DNA of 64,000 nucleotides from positions 71,617,289-71,681,288 of the forward strand of contig NC_068990.1 of the NCBI RefSeq assembly GCF_001194135.2, given 5' to 3'. A model generated the notes under the pieces. It had not been told where the DNA came from. It ran no database searches and worked only from the letters and a program-made list of their open reading frames with translations. Source of the stretch: Octopus bimaculoides (taxonomy: Eukaryota). Below, in pieces: positions 13,288-25,380 of this stretch; position 1 is the first letter of the stretch, and the number at the start of each line of letters is the position of its first letter. Made by a program: the position numbers and the translations under genes.

Positions 13288-13338
13288 GTCTTGAAGATGA
13301 CAACCCCCCCGTTGAAGATGTTACTCTTCCAACCACAG
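13288..13338 (+). other. Candidate duplicated 51-nt exon (G-LEDDNPPVEDVTLPTT-G) inside a diverged copy of the exon 1/intron 1 junction
   Basis: 39/51 identical to 12028-12078 with no indels. Retains donor CAG|gtacgt and is preceded by TACTGAC and tatatag. Phase 1-1. The polypyrimidine tract is poor. Confidence 0.45.
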
Positions 13339-13781
13339 GTACGTAGCAGTTAAAGTTGTTCAAAACTGACCGAAATAACTTGTGCACTAACTCTTCTCAC
13401 AATAATAAGCTCATCATTTTCTGCCTCTCTCTGAAATGGTCTGACATTCCCCTGTCCTTTTGATATTCAGATAGGATATTGACTGTCAGTGAATTAATAT
13501 TTACTAATTCCTACTTAAAATGTTCTTATATAAACGAGTGAAAAAGAAGAAAAAAAAAGGACTAAACCCTGATTCAACCTGCCAAAAGGTGCGATATATT
13601 TTCTTATTTTGGGCATGATCGAAAAGCCAGCATACCATTCATTGACTAGTATTAGATTATTTGTATTTTGCTATCTGTTGGAAATTAATGTAACCACTTT
13701 ACCGTCATATCGAATAGAAATGTATTTTGTGAAAAATTATTAGCTTCTACATAGTTATCGGTTCCCTGTCCAACCTATGTA

Positions 13782-14645
13782 CGAGGTGTGATCAACAAGT
13801 ATCCGGACTGTTGCCATAGTAACGAAGCTAAAGCATGCTGAGTGAAGCCACTTAACACAGATTGACCTTGAAGTCTGCTGTGCATGCGCACTAAGTTTTA
13901 ACATTCTAGCTCACTTCTGTTTACAGCTGTGCTCGGAAGGAAGTTGTGTATCATGTGATCGTCGCAGTGACCATGACAGAGAAAGTTGTCATGGCGATAC
14001 TTGCTCAGAAGCCTAGAAAAAGCTGCAGAAAGCCTATGAGTTGCGCACAAGTGGTTCAGACGTCTCCAAGATGGCTGAAAAAATGTTGCTAGTGATGAAC
14101 GTTCTGGGAGACCTGCAACCAGCAGAACTGAGAAAAACGTTGTATATATGTGTGCAGCTGTGAGGGGAAATTGCCGAATCACCATACATGAGTTATTAGA
14201 GGATGTGCAGATTAGTTAGGGTTCAGTCACTGTCACTGAATATTTGGGTATGAGATGCATGTCTGCCAAGTTTGTGCCAAAACTACTTTCAGTTGACCAA
14301 AAAGATACTTGGGGTTTTAGTTGCACAAGATCTCCTTGATTGTGTTGAGAATGACGAAAACCTTTTGGAAACTTTGCATACGCCTCTGAGCAGGTATCAC
14401 CAAGCTTTTGGCAAAATTTGATGCAGATTCTCTCCTCAACTTTCTCTGTCATAGTCAATGCAATGATCACATGCTACACACCTTCCTTCCAAGCACTGCT
14501 GTAAACAGCAGAAATGAGCTAGAGCTTTAAAATTTAGTGTGCATGCAAACAGAATCCAAGGTCCATCTGTGCATAGCAGCTTTACTCTGTGTGCTTTAGT
14601 TTTGTTACTATGGCAACAGTCCAGATGCATATTGATCAGACCACG
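13782..14645. mobile_element. Non-autonomous mariner derivative built from two left ends (long ~208-bp inverted arms)
   Basis: TA at 13780-81 and 14646-47. Ends CGAGGTGTGATCAA and TTGATCAGACCACG share CTGTTGCCATAGTAAC. A decayed transposase HTH lies on + (DERSGRP, ITIHEL, SAKFVPKLL) and a second N-terminus on - (MTEKVEERICIKFCQKLG). Confidence 0.88.
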
Positions 14646-14769
14646 TATCCTGATATAATATCTGCACAGATAACTACATGTTTTTTTTTTTCATGCCTGC
14701 TTCACTATACTGGCATAAGTTGGAGAGACCACCTCTAGCTCCGTGTTTTGTCATCTGTTGTGGTCTTTT

Positions 14770-15400
14770 GTCATATTCCTCATAAAGTTTGGCCTTCTGA
14801 GATCTTCCTTCTTCTGCTTGTTCTTTCCATTTGGCACTAATTAATCCAACTGTAATTCTCTAGGTGCATCACATCTTCATAATAGCACAATCTTCTCTCT
14901 TGCACACTAAATTTGAATCGCCTATCCGATACTTTTCTTGGCTTATTTGTGCTCTATCATACAATCACATTAACATTGCACATCTAGCAGAGCATGCTTA
15001 CTTCATTTCTTTCCAGTCTTAGTACACTCTCTGCATTCCATGTTCATGTTTCATTACTATGCAACATTACACTTCATACACAAGCATCATACAAGCTACT
15101 CTTCACTCAGAATCCCTTTATTGCCATCAGAATAGCTCTCTAAACTTATTCCTCGTTATTCTTACTTTAACTATTATGATTTTCGAACACCTGCCTCCAC
15201 TACTTATTAGATCACCAGAGTAATTTTGAGAAAGTTCATTTTATGAGAGATCTAACTGCCTACTGTTTGCCATTCCTATGTATCCTCTACATACAAAGTC
15301 TTCTCTATCAGCTTGTCTGTGATCACTCTGCACTTGTAGTTCACATTTAGTATATAATACAAAGTTCCTGTCTACTCTTTGTGCATATTGAGCATGGCCA
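14770..15400 (-). mobile_element. Decayed RTE-type LINE, RT C-terminal region
   Basis: GDLISSGG.CS..I..RITRNKFREL...SVMLHSNET...LRLERNEVSML with stops and frameshifts. Confidence 0.75.
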
Positions 15401-16909
15401 TCTTTGATGGGAGTAGAGGCCTATTTTCTTTCCATTTGCCTAAAACTTTTGTTTTTAGGTTTATTTTGGGGTTTTGTTCCCATGTTTGAAATTCTCTAAT
15501 TTTTCAAGTGATTCATTTGTGAAATAGAAGCAATTGTAATAAGGGTTGAAAAGGCAGAGAGGAGACAGCATGCTTGTGAGCCTGGAGCTGCAGTGTGTCT
15601 TTGAGAGACTGTATGCCAGTCAGTTGAGTGACTTTCTCTGGATTCAGGCTAATATATGTGAGTGTATATGTGTTGCAGCAACATTATCTTTTGTAGGAGA
15701 AACACTCTACTTTGAACCTCATCTGATCTTTGTAGAATGTTAGTAATAGTCAAGGGCTGAAGTATTTTCTGGTTATGGATAGATGGCTCAGATTTTTGAG
15801 ATCTCCAACTCTTATTCTGAGTTAGCTGATCATTAGTTGATTGAGTGATGGAGAAAGACTTAGTATTCATAACCGGTTGTTTATTCTTAATTCTTGTGTA
15901 AGAAGTCAACCTGGTTTGCCTATTCCTCTGATTTGGCTATTATGATGCTGGCTAATTTCTTAAAGTTTATGATGCAAACAGTTACATCATTTGTACCAGG
16001 TTCCTTGCTTCATTTATTGTACTACATTCATAGCTTCCATGGTCTGTTCATGGAAGCTATGAATATGACATTGAAGTAGGCATGATCATGTTATCCTATA
16101 TATCCTGGTGGAAGCTCTTCTCGTCTTCTTGAACACAGCACACATCTACCTACCTCTTCTCCAGCACAGAATGAGATGATTGGGCATGGTTGTTTGAATG
16201 CTGGTGATTTGACATGACTGATTGGACATTGAACCTGTTTTGGTGATGGCTTTTGTGGAAACTGGTTTTTATTACAGGAAGCAAACAAGCATGCACATGC
16301 AGAAATATGTGTATGTATACATACATACAATGTGAAGAGAGACATTACAATTTATTAATTGAATTCAATTGATATCAACACTTTCTCCCTCCTCATACAC
16401 ATAAAAAATAAAACTGCTCACATACATGATCTTAGAGAGAAGGAGAAACAATAAAGTCTGTTAAATGGCCCTAAATGCCACAAACATGTCCCCTCTTTAC
16501 ATATGTTTAATGATAGAATACAAATAATTAGGGACAGAGAGTCATGTTTGTAGCAAGTGTTTCACTCTCTCTCTGGTTTTTTTCTGCTTACAATGCCAGG
16601 ATTTAAATTCACTGTTGGTTCTGTTTTATCAAAGATGTACAGAAATCCATTGTGGTAAAATTTTTCCTTTCCACATTTTGTCAATATTTCACAAACCCTC
16701 ATTCACATAGAGTGGAAAATTAAATGAAGTTTAGCAACCAGGTATTTTAGTAGGTGTGTCTACTAGTTGTCAACTAGAATAAAAACAAAATGAAACGTAT
16801 GCTTTATTTCTGCAGTCAGTTATACAACAGATCATATTTTAAATTATAACATTTAATCTTGTCACCTTGGCTCCTGCTGAAACTGAATTTAAGAAAAAAG
16901 ACCTTCAGC

Positions 16910-17720
16910 AGCATCAGATGTGACCACGCCTTGGAGATGTGTCTAAGATGTTCTCCCTTATTACGCCCACTTATATATACCTCTACTATAGTACACCCAG
17001 CTCACTCATGGCTGCTGATAACAGGGTCACTTTTTTTTACAGGTGTCCAGCAGGGTGACTCTCTAGATCCACTCTTCAAACATTGGCTGTTGACAATGCT
17101 GCCTGATCAGTATGCTCACCCTTCAAAGTCTAGTACCTGGATGACACAACCCCAGGTGGCTTGGCTGAGTCTGTTGTTGGGGACCTTCAGCAGGTTATCT
17201 TAGCACTAAACTTCTTGGGCTTGAGATCAACCTGTTCAAGTCGGTGATAAATCTGAGCTGTGGTGAGGCCACATTTCAGGACGCCGTACTCAACGTTCAG
17301 TCTGTCTTGGTGGAGGCTCAGCTGACACCAAAGGATGCTGACTTCATTCTTGGCTCCCCAATCCTCCTGAAAGCCATAACAGAGCGCCTGGAGACCTGGC
17401 ACTCTTCATCTTGAGGAATTGATTTGCTCTGCCTAAGCTTCTTTTCTCACTATGTAGTGTGCCAAGTCACCCTCTCAGAGACCACTTCAGTGATTTTGAT
17501 GACACCATTCAGTACTGGTCTGAATTGATTGGCACTATTAGTTCTGACAGTACTGGCTGGCAACAGGCTAAACTGCCTGTCAGAGTCAGTGGAACTGGTT
17601 CTGATGGCTATCTTTCTTTGGTCTCCTCCAGCCACACTCTCATCAGCAAGATACTCCATGGGATGACCGAACAAGATGTGGCTCAGGAATTGGAGTCAAC
17701 CCTAGCTAGTTGAACTTTCA
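16910..17720 (+). mobile_element. Decayed RT of an early-branching (CRE/NeSL-like, RLE-type) non-LTR retrotransposon
   Basis: GVQQGDSLDPLF...YLDDT..GG.AESVVGDLQQV...LGLEINLFK...CFALPKLL across frameshifts. Confidence 0.7.
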
Positions 17721-18634
17721 AAGGCTTTGCCATCCCCCAGAATATGGCTGTCCATCAAAACAAAATTGTTACAACTTCAAAAGTCCTGGCGACAGAATAT
17801 CTGATGTCAACTATGTCAGCATCAACTCATTAACACCAAATAGGTGGAACCAAAATGGCTGTTGTAAAACTTTGTCCCCCTCCTGCATCTCTATATGGTC
17901 TCTTCAGATGTATTGTTGATGGTGGTGAACCTGTTTTGTACTTGACAAGAAGATGGATGTATCCTGTGATGGGTTGTTTGAAAATGTTTCCTGTATATGA
18001 AATAGTTTGTGCAGTCATTTTATAAAGGGTCAGTGGGTTGTTATACATGACCAGATGTTCCCAACTGTTGAACCCACTAATGTACACAAAACTAATAGGA
18101 TGAGTGTTAGTCTTGTATATGAAATTATAGTTTTACATTGTATTTGTGGCTGTCATAATTTTGGCATGATTTTATTGGCTGGATGCATTTCTAATCAACC
18201 ACTTTACAGCATGGGTTGATGGTATTGTATTGTGCCGTTAGCACAAGTGATTATGTGTCAGGACTAAAGGTGTCCTCTCCACACTCAGTTTTTCACTATC
18301 AACAGTGTAAGGATTTGTCTCTCTTATGTATTCCTATATAATAGCCTAATAGATAACATACATGCACTTATCTGTGTATCTGTTTGCAATTGTATTAAGT
18401 CAGTTTTTAATTGATCTCATCTTGCTCTATATTTTCAGTTTTGCTGATTTCTATAATTAGAATATAATTGGTGTTATCTGTTTATATTTTCTAATTATAT
18501 TAACAGAGGTCAAAATTAGTAGTCATCATACTTATTCCTTTACACCCACTATTTTCAACTTATTTAATAAAACTGGTATTTAATAAACTAATATCTCAGC
18601 ATTAATGATGTTATTGTTGTTAATTCTATTGTAG

Positions 18635-18705
18635 CTGATGGGTTTAACACCTTTGAAGAATCAAATGCAACAGTTAATGGTTTGAGTGATGCAGATGTGC
18701 CACAG
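18635..18705 (+). CDS. Clc: Clathrin light chain, coding exon 2 (ADGFNTFEESNATVNGLSDADVPQ)
   Basis: Acceptor ttctattgtag and donor CAG|gtatgc. 71 nt, converting phase 1 to phase 0 exactly as exons 1 and 3 require. Low-conservation acidic linker. Confidence 0.85.
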
Positions 18706-20198
18706 GTATGCTGGATTCTTGTTTCTTTCATCCTATAATGTATAATACATAATAATCTTTAGTTAGTTTATTGTTACATGAATAAGAATGTAGCCTTTAG
18801 AAAGGGCTTGCATGTGTAGAAAATTACAGCATTAATGAAAGTTTTAAAAAGATCATTTTCTTTTTGCTTTGTTTTTTAAGTGAAATTTTGAGAAATTGCT
18901 TCATTATCATGAAGAAAGTAAAATGAAAATCCACAGAAATTGTATGGATTTAGAAGACATATGCCAGAGATTTATGAACAAGGAAAAAATGTTTATAACC
19001 TTGTTTCTGTACATACTGTGCATTTTAATGGTTTTTTTAAGCATATACCTGATTCCTTATACCATTTTTTAAAGTTAACTATTAGCTATTTTACTGTCAA
19101 ATGTCTGCAATTTTACCTAATTAGATATCTTTTGTAGAAATGTGACATGATCAGTTCATCTTCTCATGATTTTTTTTCCAGTTCGCTCATTTCTGTTTAA
19201 TAAAACCTTACATATCAAAACCGTTAGAATCCTCTCCCATTTTTTTCTTCTCTTTGATACATCCAGTATAACTTCATCTTTGTGTCCATATTAGATTGCA
19301 GTTTCATTTTAGACTTTTATTTAAAAAGCATCCATCAACTTTTTTTTTTATCTATTAAAGCTGAAAAAGACCTTTGAGACTATTGAGGATGAATACTAGA
19401 TAAAATAATTAATTAAAATCTATCCTCAAATTATGTAATCAAGAACTACGAGGTCTGAGTTTTTGGTATACTCTTGTGTGACTGGGATCACCTATTACAG
19501 AGACTAACATTGGTTAAATACTTCACACTTCTGATGTCTGTGAATAATCTGGACGGAGTCAGTCTGTCAAAAAATCATTGACAGCTCAGACTCCTTTACG
19601 TTGCTCACATATAGCACTGAAAGTGAAGTTGTTGTTTAGGACCAGGTTATCAGTAATCAAACAGACCTAATGATTCAAGATATTCCACCTGTAACCATTC
19701 TGTCTTTTATTGAGATGGTATATCTAAGACTGTAATATCCAAGATGTGGCTGTGTGGTAAGAAGCTTGCTTTGCAGCCATTTGGTTTCAGGTTCATTCCT
19801 ATTGCATGGCACCTTGAGCAAGTATCTTTTACTATATCCTCATGCCAACCAAAGCCTTGTGAGTGGATTTGGTAGAGACCAGTTTGGTTACTATTTCTTG
19901 TAGGTTAAACAACCATTTAGCTCAGTGTTCCTTTACATTTTGTAATTCAGCAAACTTTTTTTTTAATAGATGTCTCTTTGCATGTTTTGATAGTAAGAAA
20001 AAAAATAATTTTAATCAAGCAGAAGCTAATTTTGCACATTTATTTATTGTCTATATTTCCATATAGTATTCCATCCAGATTATCTCTGTTTAGACATTTG
20101 TGTGGACTAATGTTCCTATTTATTCTCATTTTAGTTGGTAAAAATTTTTTGTTTAATATACTGTAGTATTAAAGAATAAATATTTAACTTGCTTGCAG

Positions 20199-20319
20199 AC
20201 TAATGGACCTACAGATGGAAGTGGTTATGCTGCTATAGCTCAAGTTGATAAACACCATCGAGAACCTGAGAAAATCAAGTTGTGGAGAGAAGAACAAAAG
20301 AAACGGCTTGAACACAAGG
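20199..20319 (+). CDS. Clc: Clathrin light chain, coding exon 3 (TNGPTDGSGYAAIAQVDKHHREPEKIKLWREEQKKRLEHK)
   Basis: Acceptor cttgcttgcag and donor AAGG|gttagg. Matches the CLC NGPTD..YAAI.QVD...EPE.I..WREEQ..RLE motif. 121 nt, phase 0 to 1. Confidence 0.96.
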
Positions 20320-20811
20320 GTTAGGTTTTATAAAATCATTCTTTTTAACCCTCTTATATTGCATAATGTGTAACTTTCATCTAAAACTTTGTTTTATTAC
20401 AAATGGTTTACTTCACTTCTAAGACACAATGTCTGATATAAAAGATGTAGGCTCAATGGTATTCTTGTGGTGCTCATATAGTCTTCCATTGACCTTGTAC
20501 TTCAGATGCTAGGATGTATTCTGAGGGAGATTTGGATGCTATTTCTAGCAGGCCCAGTAAACAGCCTCACTTAAGCTATTGACTAGGCTGCCCCATGATT
20601 TTGATCATGTTGGTAACACTTCAGTTTATGTAGCTGAATTTATAGAGTGGTGTATTTAACTCTATTCTCATTTTATGGTTGATATAGTAGAAATGGGTGG
20701 GGAGTGCATTAAGGTTTCAATAATCACTTGTATAGATATAAAATATATACTTGCTGGTCAGATTTAATTATTATTTAATTGTCTAAAGTAAATTGCTTAC
20801 CATCATCATAT

Positions 20812-21653
20812 GGAACAAGGTGGTGAAGCATGATCTTCAATCGTTGGGCCTCAAGGGAGGCAATGACTAGTGACCAAGACCTTTGGCAATATGCTGTGCT
20901 TGAGAAGACCCGTCAAGCTAAGTGAAAACATAGTCGTGGCCGATGCCAGTGTCATGTAATTGGCACCCATGCTGGTTGCATGTAAAAAGCACCTTTCGAT
21001 CATTGGGCCTTACAGAGGAAATGTAGCTGATGTTGGTGTACCTGGCACCCATGCTAGTGGCATATAGAAAGCACCCCTTGAGCATTGGGGCTTACAGAGG
21101 TAATGTGGCTGCTGCCAGTGTTCCATAACTAGCATCTGTGCTGATGGCATGTAAAAAGCACCTGTTGAGTGTTGGGCCTCATGGAGGCAATGTGGTCAAT
21201 GCCAGTGTTGCATAACTGGCACCTGTGCTGGTGGCATGTAAAAAACACCTTTTGAGCATTGAGCCTCACGGAGGCACTGTGGCCGATGCCAGTGTTGCGT
21301 AACTGGCACCTGTGCTGGTGGCACATAAAATTACTTTTCGAGCGTTGGAGCTCATGAAAGCAATGACAAATCACTCTGATCTTTGGCTATAAACCGTGCT
21401 TGAGAAGACCTATCAAACCAAGTGAAATCGTAGTCGTGACAGATACTGGTGCCACTCAACTGACACCTATGCTGATGGCACATAAAAGCACCCATTACAC
21501 TCTCAAAGTGGTTGGTGTTAGGAAGGGCATCCAGCCATAGAAACCATGCCAAATCAAACTGGAACCTGATGCAGCCCCTCTGCTTACCAACCCTTGTCAA
21601 ACCGTCCAATCCGTACCAGCATGGACAACAGATGTTAAAAGATGATGATGATG
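20812..21653 (+). mobile_element. RTE LINE 3' end with an internal ~87-bp tandem array and (GAT)n tail
   Basis: ORF end WNKVVKHDLQSLGL..MTSDQDLWQYAVLEKTRQAK*. Units start at 20936, 21023, 21105, 21192 and 21279. Ends gatgttaaaagatgatgatgat. Confidence 0.8.
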
Positions 21654-22804
21654 TATATATCTTAGGCTTTAGACAATACTGTGTCCTGTGTTGTGAGAGG
21701 TGACTAAAAGAGTTGGTGGCAGGAGTATCCTCTTATCACGAATCACTTGCCTTAGGAAACCTGTCCAACCATCAAAAGATGAATATAAAATAAGGATGTT
21801 GCCTTCTAAAGTACATTGTTACTTTGTTACTTGAACGTAAACCCTGTAAAGTGAGTACTTTTTGTTTAGAGCACTTCAAACAAAATGTTGGAAGTAATCT
21901 GAAAAAAAATAAATAAACAAGGCTTTGGTCAGCCTGAGGCTATAATAGAAGACGCTTGCCCAAAGTGTCATTCAGTGGGACTGATCCTGGAACCATGTGG
22001 TTGGGAAGCAAGCTTCTTACCACACAAGCACTCTTGCACTTATCTGTATAAAACAAAATTAAGTTAAAATTAAAAAAAAAAAGCTTAGGTATAATGTCAG
22101 AAAAACAAGATTGATTAGTTATTGATGAAATGATTTTTGATCAGATTTAACCTGTGGTTCAACAAAGCATCCATGTAGCTGGATCTTCCATCATCAATGC
22201 ACAACGAAATGTAACTCATTGATGCGTTATGTCCATCCGCTGTTGAAGGAAAGAGACTAGGTTGTCATGTTTGCATCAAAGGATTTTGAGAATTCTTTAT
22301 AAAAACAGTGCATATATAGCATTAGGTATATAAGTTGCATGTGGTTGATTCCTATGCTCATAATTGTAAGGTAGAGTAGACATTGGATTGTATGTATTAT
22401 ACAGAAGGAAGATTGAAAGCAATGCAAGCAAACCGTGATGTACGACCAAAGTTTCAGAACATGGATCACAGAGCGATCCATAACTACATGCCACAGTGCC
22501 TCTGTCTGATGCAAAACTTCCAATTCAAGAAACTTCCATGTCAAATCACCAGCATTCAAACAACCATGCCCAATCATCTCATTCTGTGCTGGAGAAGAGG
22601 TAGGTAGATGTGTGCTGTGTTCAAGAAGATGAGAAGAGCTTCCACCAGGATATATAGGATAACATCATCATCCCGAAATATAACAATAAATAAAAACAAT
22701 TTCATGTTAAACTGTTCAATACTTTCTGTCTGCTACATATTTATTATTTTGTCTGATGAAATGCTAGCAAAACTTCAGTCAGTTAACACTATTCTTGAAA
22801 AAGA

Positions 22805-22837
<33 letters not shown>

Positions 22838-22977
22838 ATATTGTTATTATTTTAAACAGTTTGATTTGGTTCCATGTGACTTAGTTTTACTGACTTCTAA
22901 CAGAAACCTGTCTCATTCAGGCTTAGATTACTGAACATATATATTTTATATTACATTTTATGCTTTTACGATTGTAG

Positions 22978-23089
22978 ATGCTGAAGAAGAAAATAAGAAG
23001 GAAATATGGCGTGAAGCTGCAAAGAAAGAGCTTGAAGATTGGTTGAAAAATCAGGCAGAACAGCTTATTAAGACCAAAGAAAACAACCG
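22978..23089 (+). CDS. Clc: Clathrin light chain, coding exon 4 (DAEEENKKEIWREAAKKELEDWLKNQAEQLIKTKENNR)
   Basis: Acceptor gattgtag and donor CCG|gtaata. Heavy-chain-binding helix with W..AKKELEDW...Q.EQL.K.K.NNR. 112 nt, phase 1 to 2. Confidence 0.97.
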
Positions 23090-25380
23090 GTAATACTACT
23101 GTTTTAGTTATAAATCTTCATCTATCAATAAATGTTTTTCTCTTTCACTTAAATCAGGTATACAGTTATTGAGATTTTAGTGTTCTTGTCTGATACAAAA
23201 AGAATACTCTCAACATTTTATTTACTAAGCACTTGCCTACCGTTGCATTGATTGATATACATATTATTGTAGTGTTTAACTTGTCTGCTTTAGTAAGAAT
23301 TAAATCTTTCAGAAAGATCTGTAGATCTTTGGAGGCCAAATAAGTAAAATTTATATTATAATCAAATTTGAATTTTGATTGGCATTTTGTTCCTTGCTTA
23401 TATTTTTGTGTAATTCCTTTAAAAAAGATTAAAATCTTAAATTAGTAAAACTATTATAATCTGAAACACTGGTATGGAATGACCTAGAAATGTAAGTAGT
23501 AACATTGGTGATTGAATGAAAATACAGTGAAGTTAAAAAAAAAAAAAGACCTGGAATCAAAATTCTCATTCCTGCTTGGACATATTTATTCTGATGTCCT
23601 CCTGACAACAGTCTGTTCCACTTGTAGAAGCTGTAATACCGTCAATATTCTTGAATGAAAACATAGAATGGCTTCTCTAAAATTTTAACTTGGATATGTA
23701 AAATAATTGTATCTAGTGTTGTGTATTAGAACAAGGGCCAAATGTAAGAGTAATTTAATGCATTGTTGAAGCTTCTTTTTATATAGAGCCTGTTGTTTGA
23801 TGATGGGCATTCTTAAAGATGTTAAATACTTCTCTTCCTTACAGCACACTAACATTTTACTATTTTATTGAACTCATGCCAGTACAAACTTTACTAGTCT
23901 CTCTAGCCAATGAGGAAATATCTTCAGGAACGTTTGATCTACTTGAAATTGCAGCCAAATCTCCCTCAAATCATAGTCTTTATCACTTATTTAGGAGGGA
24001 AGGGCAGTACACATGACCCCTTTATAGGACCTCTGAGACTATTGAAGGGGAAGGACAGTATCCAAGGACCAGTTGGCAGTGTTAAACCAGATGACGGATT
24101 AAGTCTGCCACCCCAAACAGTAAATTTTTAAAATTGTGGCAGATTTAGTGACATTCTTTAGACTTCAACTTTATAACAGGTTTAGACATTTGAATAATTA
24201 TCACCATGAAGGAAAAACTACAGAAATAAAATTCTTGTTTGCCAATGATATATATATCTATTAATTTTCTAAGTTGTATTTATTTCCACTCAACACTGAA
24301 AGTAATATTCATTGTGCATGAAATCTTTTGTGAACAAAGTCAGTAATTTATTGTTCTTTGAAATCTTGTATTATTGTTCTATGCTATGTTTGCTCTTGTC
24401 CCCTATATTTTATTGACATTGTTCCCATCTGTATGGCACTTCCCTACCACGTGTATGGCACTACTGTTCCAACTTTGCGCTAGTGTTATCTTTCAGTATA
24501 TAAATATGCACTTTTATCTTGTTGATGCTGTATAATTAATGCTTTCTTATTTAAGTGCTGTAATATTTGCTTCTTGGTAAGAAAAAGAAAAAAAGTCTTG
24601 TTAGTAATTAAGGACAATAGCCAATAACATATTTAGCATTTAAGGAGTTCAACTGGTAAGTTCTGCTGTGTTAACTCCTAATCTTTAATAGTTTAAATTT
24701 TTATCAACCCCAATCACGTCTGTTCATTCTGTTACTCAATTTGTTTGTTCTTGAAATTATATTCAAATATAGGATATATCTGGCAGTTGTGAAACTACTT
24801 CAACAGAAATTATACAGAATTATAATATACATATAGAATAGAATTAAAGAATTAAAATGTTTTGTTTTAAAAAAGCTTGTTGCACTATGTAAAAAGTTAC
24901 AATTTTGTTTGAAATTGTAATTTTAATAATTGAATTATTATTATAATAAAAACAAAATAATACTTTATTTGGCAGCTGTGCATTGTTAACCAGCTAGAGG
25001 AGATTCCTCTTGAGGTTAAAACATTGCAGTAAAGTCCATTTGAATGGAACAGCCATATTGAAGTGGCTATGAACATTAATTTTATATTATCTTTAGGTTT
25101 CACCTTTTTCCTTTTTAGATTTTTTTTTTTTTTTTTTTTAGAGATGACAGGTGATGCAATTTCATCCTGCTTTCAAGCCTCTTATTATCGTGACTTAAAT
25201 TGTCTCCCTCCATCATGAAACACTATGAACTTTGTGAACATTGTAGATCAGTAATTCCTCACCAAGCTATTTCCCCCTATGCTCCGGTAACATCTCTTTG
25301 AATATAAACATGTCAAACTGATTTCTTTATACGTCGTCTTTGGTGCACTTGTAAGTGTGTATCTCATTGTTCTTCCACAG

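Noticed and set aside
20936-21365. Regularly spaced repeats superficially like a CRISPR array
   Set aside because: The units are contiguous diverged tandem copies with no unique spacers. They sit inside a LINE 3' end in a eukaryotic intron, and there are no cas genes.
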